From the NCBI RefSeq assembly GCF_009914755.1, contig NC_060929.1: DNA of 64,000 nucleotides; one strand, 5' to 3'. Within the stretch, counting starts at the first letter, position 1; each line of letters begins with the position of its first letter. Both the position numbers and the translations under genes were made by a program. The notes under the pieces were generated by a model. That model did no database searches. It was not told the origin of the DNA and saw nothing but the letters and a program-made list of their open reading frames with translations. Shown here one piece after another: positions 55,626 to 64,000 of the stretch. Origin of the DNA: the human T2T-CHM13v2.0 reference genome, Homo sapiens.

Positions 55626-58257
55626 CAGGCACCTCTTATTGCACTTCACCTTACTGCACTTTGCAGATACTGCGTTTATAAATTGAAGCTTTATGTGCAT
55701 CAAACAAGTCTACAGGCACCATTTTTCCAACAGCTTGTGCACTTTGTGTCTCTGTGTAACATTTTGATTATTCTTGCAATATTTTAAACTTATTATGTCT
55801 GTTATAATAATTGATGTTACCATTATAATTATTTGGGGGTGCCACAAACCATACCCATATAAGACAGCATATTAGTTCACTCTCACACTGCTATAAAGAA
55901 CTGCCAGAGATTGAGTAATTTATAAAGAAAAGAGGTTTAACTGACTCACAGTTCCACGTTGCTGGGGAGGTCTCAGGAAACTTACAATCATGGCACCATC
56001 AGATCTTGTGAGAACTCACTCACTGTCACAAGAACAGCATGGGGGAAACTGGCCCCATGATCCAATCACCTCCCACCAGGTCAGTCCCTCAATATGTAGG
56101 GATTATGGGATTACAATTCGAGATGAGATTTGGGTGGGGACACAGAGCCAAACCATATCAGACAACAAACTTAGTCAAAAAATGCTGTGTGTGTTCTGAC
56201 TATTCCACCGACCTGCCATTCCCCCTTCTCTCACCCCTTTCAGGGCTTCTCTATTCTCTGAGACAAAACATTACCAAAATTATGCCAATTAATAACCCTA
56301 CAATGGCCTCCAACTGTTCAAGTGAAAGAGTCACACATACCTCACTTTAGATAAAAAGCTAGAAATGATTAAGCTTAGAGAGAAAGACATGTCAAAAGCA
56401 AAAAGCTAGGCCTCTTAGGCCAAACAGCCACTAATGAATGCAAAAGAAAAGCTCTTGGGGCAAATTAAAAGTGCTATTTCTGTGAACACACGATGAGAAA
56501 GTGAAACAGGCTTATTGCTGATATGAGAAGTTTTAGTGGTTTGGATACATCAAACCAGCCAGCACATTTCCTTAAGCCAAAGACTAATCCAGAGCAAGGC
56601 CCTAACTCTCTTCCATTCTATGAAGGATAAGAGATGGGTAAGCTGCAGAAAAAAATTTGTAAGCTGGCAAAGCTTGGTTTGTGGTGTTTAAAGAAAGAAG
56701 CCATCTCCAGAACATAAAAATGCAAGGTGAGGCCACAAGTGCTGATATAGAAGCTGTAGCAAATTATCCAGAAGATCTAGCTAAGATAATTGATGAAAGT
56801 GACTACACCAAACAGCAGATTTTCAATGTAAATTAAACAGCCTTCTATTGGAAGGAGATGTCATCTAGGACTCTCATAGCTAGAGATAACTCAATGCCTG
56901 ACTTCAACGCTTCAAAGGACAGGCTGATTCTCTTGTTAGGGGTTAATGAAGCTGCCGACTTTAAGTTGAAGCCAGTGCTCATTTACCATTCTGAAAATCC
57001 TAGGGCACTTAAAAATTATACTAAATCTATTTTGCCTGTGCTCTATAAATTCACCAACAAAGCTTAGATGACAGCACATTTGTTTACAGCATGGTTTCCT
57101 GAATATTTTTAGCCAACTGTTGAGACCTATGGCTCAGAAAGAGAGATTCCTTTCAAAACATTACCGCTCATTGACAAGGCAATTGGTTACCCAAGAACTT
57201 TGATGGAGATTTACAAGGAGATTAATGTTGTTTTCATGCTAGCTCCCACAACATTCTGCTAACATTCTGCAGCCCATGCATCAAAGAGTAATTTTGACTT
57301 TCAAGTCTTATTATTTAAGAAATACATTTTGTAAGGCTATAGCTGACATAGATAGTAATTCCTCTGATGGGTCTGGAAAAAGTAAATTGAAAACATTCTG
57401 GAAAGAATTAACCATTCTAGATGCCATTAAAAACAATCGTGATTCGTGGAAGGCATTCAAAATATCAACATTAATAGGAGTTTATAAAAAGTTGATTCCA
57501 ACCCTCATGGAGGACTTTGAGGGGTTCAAGAATTCAGTAGAGGAAGTAACTACAGATGTGACGGAAGTAACAAGAGAACTAGAATTAGAAGCAAGCCTGA
57601 AGATGTGACCGAATTGTTGCAATCGCATGATAAAACTTGAATGGATGAGAAGTTTTCTCTTATTTGTGAGCATAGAAAGTGCTTTGAGATTAAAAACTAC
57701 TCCTGTTGAAGATGCTATAGCATTGTTGAAATAACAAAAGATTTAGGATATTACATAGACTGAGTTCACAAAGCAGCAGCAGGGTTTGAGAGGACTGACC
57801 CCAATTTTGAAAGCAGTACTACTGTAGGTAAAATACTATCAAATAGTATTGCGTGCTACAGAGAAATCTTTTGTGAAAGAGTCAATTTATGTGGCAAATT
57901 TAATTGTTGTCTTATTTTAAGACATTGTCACAGCCACCCCAACCTTCAGCAACCACTACCCTAATCAGTCAGCAGCAGTCAACATCAAGGCAAAGACGCT
58001 CCACCAGGAAGAAAATTATGACTTGGTGAAGGCTCCGATGATTGTTAGCATGTTTTAGCAATAAAGATTTTTAAATTAAGGTATGTACATTGTTTTTTCA
58101 CACATGCCATTGCACACTTAATAGACTATAGTATTATGGAAACATAACTTTTATATGAACTGGGAAACCAAAAAATTTGTGTGACTCACTTTGTTGTGAT
58201 ATCAATTTTATTGTGGTTGTCCGAAACCAAATCCACAATATCTGCCAGGTATGCCTG
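55626..58257 (+). mobile_element. Near full-length Tigger1 with a decayed transposase
   Basis: Ends caggca...tatgcctg with a TA TSD. Transposase peptides [34 protein letters not shown] and VILTFKSYYLRNTF. Confidence 0.95.
55868..56160 (-). mobile_element. THE1C/D LTR with an internal deletion, nested in Tigger1
   Basis: tattagttcactctcacactgctataaagaa...gggtggggacacagagccaaaccatatca with TSD gacag/gacaa. Confidence 0.88.
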
Positions 58258-58411
58258 TAACTTAAGACAGTTGACCACACAAAATAGGAGTCTTGCTTTG
58301 GCCCCTTTTAAAGAGGTCACTGTGTTAGATTGTTTTATGAAGAAAGAAGTGAGAGAAGTTGTAGAGGAAAGACAGAAGGCAGAAGTAGGAATACAAAAAG
58401 TAAATGAAGCT

Positions 58412-58670
58412 AAAATAGTGGTTAAAACTCTGGGATTTCAGACATTCAGATTTAAACCTTGTTATCAACTCTTAGAAGACATACAGTTTTGAGCTCATCA
58501 CTTAACCTCTCTGTACCTTTTTTTTCTACATTTTAAAATTAAACATAATATGAGGCCTGCTTCTTACTATTGCATAAAGATTAAATTAAATAATCCATGT
58601 AAAGTGCATCTAATAGTCATTATATGTGCATGGCACAAAAGAAACATTTAAATTCTATCAGCTATTTTTA
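58412..58670 (-). mobile_element. MIR
   Basis: agtggttaaaactctgg...tcacttaacctctctgtacct...attaaattaaataatccatgtaaagtgc. Confidence 0.75.
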
Positions 58671-59449
58671 TTCTTTGAGAAGAAAAAGAGTATTTATAGT
58701 TACAAACATCCAAAGTAACACTCTCTCTCATGTAAAAATGAATTCATCTTCCCGAGTTATTTATAGCAGCACTTAAAATTTATTTTTCAAAGTGGACAAA
58801 TACACTTAATTTAAAATTAATGACAATTATTGTGTATTCATTGTAATTTCATGTGATTATTCAAAATGTTTACAAGGTATGCAATGGACTCATATAGAAA
58901 AGATAGTAATTAAGCCTGAATAATTGAAATTTTAAATGATTACTTATAAAAATATATTATTAAACTTGAGTCATGCTATTTTAAAATTAATCATAATTTC
59001 TATCTACTAGAGATAAAGTAAGAAAGTTTATGTTTTGTGAATGAATGTTAAAACAAATAGAATTCATTTTAGAAATGGATGACAAAAGATAAGTCTTCTG
59101 AAAGTCAGAAACAGTCTCCTGCCTGCTAGGAAACTATAATGCAATCAGGAAATTCTGCTGACAATCTTCTCTGTATCTTATCCCTCTTTTTCAATAAGCG
59201 AAATCATTATTTAATGATGTCAATGAAGTCTCCCCATTCTCCTAGCAAATCCTGACAGTAAATGGCAGACACGTTCATGTGTTGTCACAAAGGTCAGTGT
59301 GTAATCGGCAGCACTAATAATATCTGGGTGATTTAATTTGATCTGCAGGTAACTCATCCGGTTTTCTTTTTTCTCTCATTTGTGATTTTACAAGGGAAAT
59401 GGTGGTGTTTCCTCTTTCTTTAAAATATTTGTTTACTCAAAGAGCTAAA

Positions 59450-59840
59450 TCATAAATTCCATGAAGACAAAAGGAGTATCTTGTTTGCATTTTTCCCCAG
59501 CAGCTAGCACAGTAACTTAATAGTAGTTTAATAGTTTCTCAGTTGAACACATGAAAGAGAATAAATGAATGAATGAACAAATAAAGTAAATAATGCACAA
59601 TTGTCTTTAGGAATTAATAAAGTTGTTCAGAGCTTTTTTTTTTTTTTTTTTTACTTCTGCTGAGTTCCTTTAATTTTTCTTCATAGTACTTCTTACAGTT
59701 CAAAGAGACAGGTTTATATGATTATCTGATTGTGGCATGCCTCCCCCACTAGCTTGTCTTGCTTACGATGATACTCCCAGTTCCTAACACAGACCTGGCA
59801 CCCATAAGCACTCAGTAAATACTGATGAAGGAAGGAATGC
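59450..59840 (+). mobile_element. Two L2 3'-end fragments flanking a T19 tract
   Basis: aaattccatgaagacaa...ctagcacagt...tgaatgaatgaa and cctggcacccataagcactcagtaaatact. Confidence 0.65.
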
Positions 59841-60734
59841 CTCCTGTTGGCGTAGCTCAATTAGTTGGTAGACATCAAAGCTCTACTTTTAGACTCTATG
59901 ACCCATTTTCTACAATAGAAAACCCTGCAATAAGAAAGCAAATCTATTTGATGATACTTATTGACTATCTACTATACTGATGGCATAACCCCCAAGATTT
60001 TCAGTTGTCCTTTATACAAGGGAGGTTTTTAGAAATAGTTTAATCTCCCTTTCTCAGCATAAGCACTATGTGCAGAGCCGCATTTGTATCTCTCAACAAG
60101 ACACTTCAAAATAGGTAATATTTTATACATTCTAAAATAAACACCATTACAAGTTGCATAATTTTAAATGCCCTATTTCTCACCAGAGAAATGGGCCCCA
60201 ATTATTGGTTCAACAGTTCTCTCTTACTTTTGGAGACAGAACTAGTAATACTAGAAATCAAAACAAGTATCTGTTTAGCTATCTCACTATTCAGCATAAA
60301 GTTGTCTTTGATTTGTGGTCCATGTTAAGCCAAAATATATTTGATATATAACCTTACACATTGTCAGCATAACCTTTGGGCCTCTTTTTATGCCCCAAGG
60401 GAAAACACCACAAGAAACTCCCTAATACAAGCTAGTACCTTTTTTATGTATTTTCCTCTCCCCTCTCAAAGATGAGACAATTACAAACTGAACATTAAGG
60501 AGTCTCATATAAATGTAAAATTAATACAATGCAAAGTAATAGTAACAGTAATAAGAGCTAACAATTATTAAAAGTCTATTATGTTCCTAGCGTTGTTATA
60601 ACTTCCTATTCCTTGTAGCTTATCCTCACAACACTGAAAATACATGTAAGTCCCATTTGAATAATGTTACCAGGATCACGTAAGTATCAAGGAGCACATC
60701 TAGTATTTGAACCCAAGTTCATAAGAATACAACA

Positions 60735-60980
60735 AGATTTTTCAGCCTCAGCACTATGACACTTGGGGCTAAATGTGTTTTGGAAAGCTGTCCTGTGCCT
60801 CTATCCACTAAGTATCAGTAGCACCCTACTCTCAGTGTGACAAACAAAAATGACTCCAGATATTGTGAAATGTCCAAATGGGGGCACAACCCCCCCTCCT
60901 CCTCATCCTCCTGTCTCTCACCTAACTCAAAACACCAATTCCTCCACCCCTACTTTCCATCCTCTTTGAAAACCACTAGA
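60735..60980 (+). mobile_element. MER20 (hAT), with a pyrimidine-rich insert near its 3' end; MIR remnant upstream (about 60550-60730)
   Basis: tttcagcctcagcactatgacacttgggg...gtgtgacaaacaaaaatgactccagatattg...aaaaccact. Confidence 0.75.
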
Positions 60981-61829
60981 ATTCAATGCCCAACTTTTTT
61001 ATTCTCTACCATTTGCCTCCACTATGAAGGGGAAATCATGAATCAGGCATTCAAATTTAACCCATTCTAGAATTTACTAAAATTGTAGAAAATAGTTGTA
61101 CATTCATATGGTAACTTAACCAAATAAACCTCTCCCTTAACCTGTGATATCTTTATAGATAAACTAAACTACACAAGGGAAGGTACTAAAATTATTGTAA
61201 AACTGATTTTCTTGGTCATTGTTTGGAAATGTTGCAATTTTAGAAAACTTCAAGGGAAAATGGAGAAAGATCTAAGTATAGTGGTTTTCATTTACAAGGT
61301 GTGTATCTTCAAGGTACTCAGATAGTTTACGATAATTAAATTTCTGAGTTACATATAAGAAACAAGATTATTTGTTGTTTATTTCTCAGTGATTTTTTTG
61401 AAGTGAGGTTTACACCGAACTAAGAGTCAAGGATGTTGCTTCTTGAGCTCATATGTCTTTTACTCTATACATTGGGTAATATGTCAATACTAATCCCAGT
61501 GACAACATGGTGTAACTAAATAAAAATAACTGAAATTGCCAATTATGTTTTTTAAAGGCATACATTATTTTATCCCTTTTATTTAAAATCATAGGGTAAA
61601 AAAATGACAATTGATTAAAATGACATTTCAGATCCGTGAACAGTAATTGTTGCATCTTTTCAAAAAATTAATATTTGTTTCTCACCTATAGAATTACACA
61701 GTTATTTTTTGCTTTTCGTTTTGCTTTTGACTTTGGCACTGGTGGTTTCAAGTTTTAGTTCAGATACAAAGATGGATAGGACTCTAAACTCATTTACTTT
61801 TATACCATATTGCTATTCCTCTGTATCAC

Positions 61830-62067
61830 AAGGATTTTTGCATCATCCAAGAAATCTCTGACATCCCGAAAGTCACAAAGATATTATCTGTGACAAGCTT
61901 GATAGTTCTGTTTTTGCTTTTGAGTCAATTAGTCACCTTAAATGAACTGTTGTAAAAGGACTGAGATAGGGTCAAAGTCTCTTTTCACCATTGATAACCG
62001 TATGTTCCAGTAATATTTTCAAGAAAGAACTCTCAATTAACTTGCACCTGGATTGAAAATCAATTGG

Positions 62068-62113
<46 letters not shown>

Positions 62114-62330
62114 ATTTCTAGACTTCCTTTTCTGTTTCACTGATCCAGTTATCCTTATGTATATAGGAATATTTGTGTACAAATATATAGGAATATGTGT
62201 ATACATATATTTTTCTGAACTCTATTATTTTCTATTAATCTATTAGTCTTCACACACATTGATGCCACACTGTTATCTAATAGATTTATAGTAAGTCTTG
62301 AAACCAAGTACTGTAAGTCCTCCAACTTTT
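61830..62330 (-). mobile_element. Old L1M ORF2 fragment containing (CA)n at 62069-62110
   Basis: tgagatagggtcaa...gttccagtaatatt...tctgtttcactgatc...tttatagtaagtcttgaaa...taagtcctccaacttt. Confidence 0.7.

Positions 62331-64000
<1,670 letters not shown>

Noticed and set aside
56858-57608. Domesticated TIGD-like transposase gene
   Set aside because: It is an ordinary Tigger1 copy with terminal repeats, a TA TSD and a broken frame.

Overview
This is AT-rich, CpG-poor simian primate DNA, probably human or ape, judged from its L1PA3, L1PA6, AluS and THE1A elements. Much of the window is transposon-derived. It contains L1PA6/L1PA3/L1PB/L1M/HAL1 LINEs, four Alus, MaLR elements (THE1A, MSTB, MLT1), ERV1 solo LTRs, ERVL remnants, Tigger1, Charlie/MER DNA transposons and MIR/L2/L3. 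I found no intact protein-coding gene, tRNA, rRNA or CpG island, and nearly all listed ORFs are repeat-derived or chance. The main finding is on the minus strand at about 51.4-60.3 kb. There, a dozen or more peptide blocks broken by stops and frameshifts lie in the same order as RGSL1 (regulator of G-protein signalling-like 1, RGS22 family) from N- to C-terminus. This suggests a decayed, nearly full-length RGSL1-like pseudogene split by Tigger1, AluSc and older repeats. The RGSL1 sequence and the repeat consensuses were compared from memory and need confirming by tblastn/HMM and RepeatMasker. A second theme is a cluster of inverted duplications and fold-backs between 9.9 and 27 kb, ranging from 9 bp to about 350 bp. 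It includes a multi-breakpoint rearrangement beside a twin-primed L1. Boundaries of old repeats are approximate.
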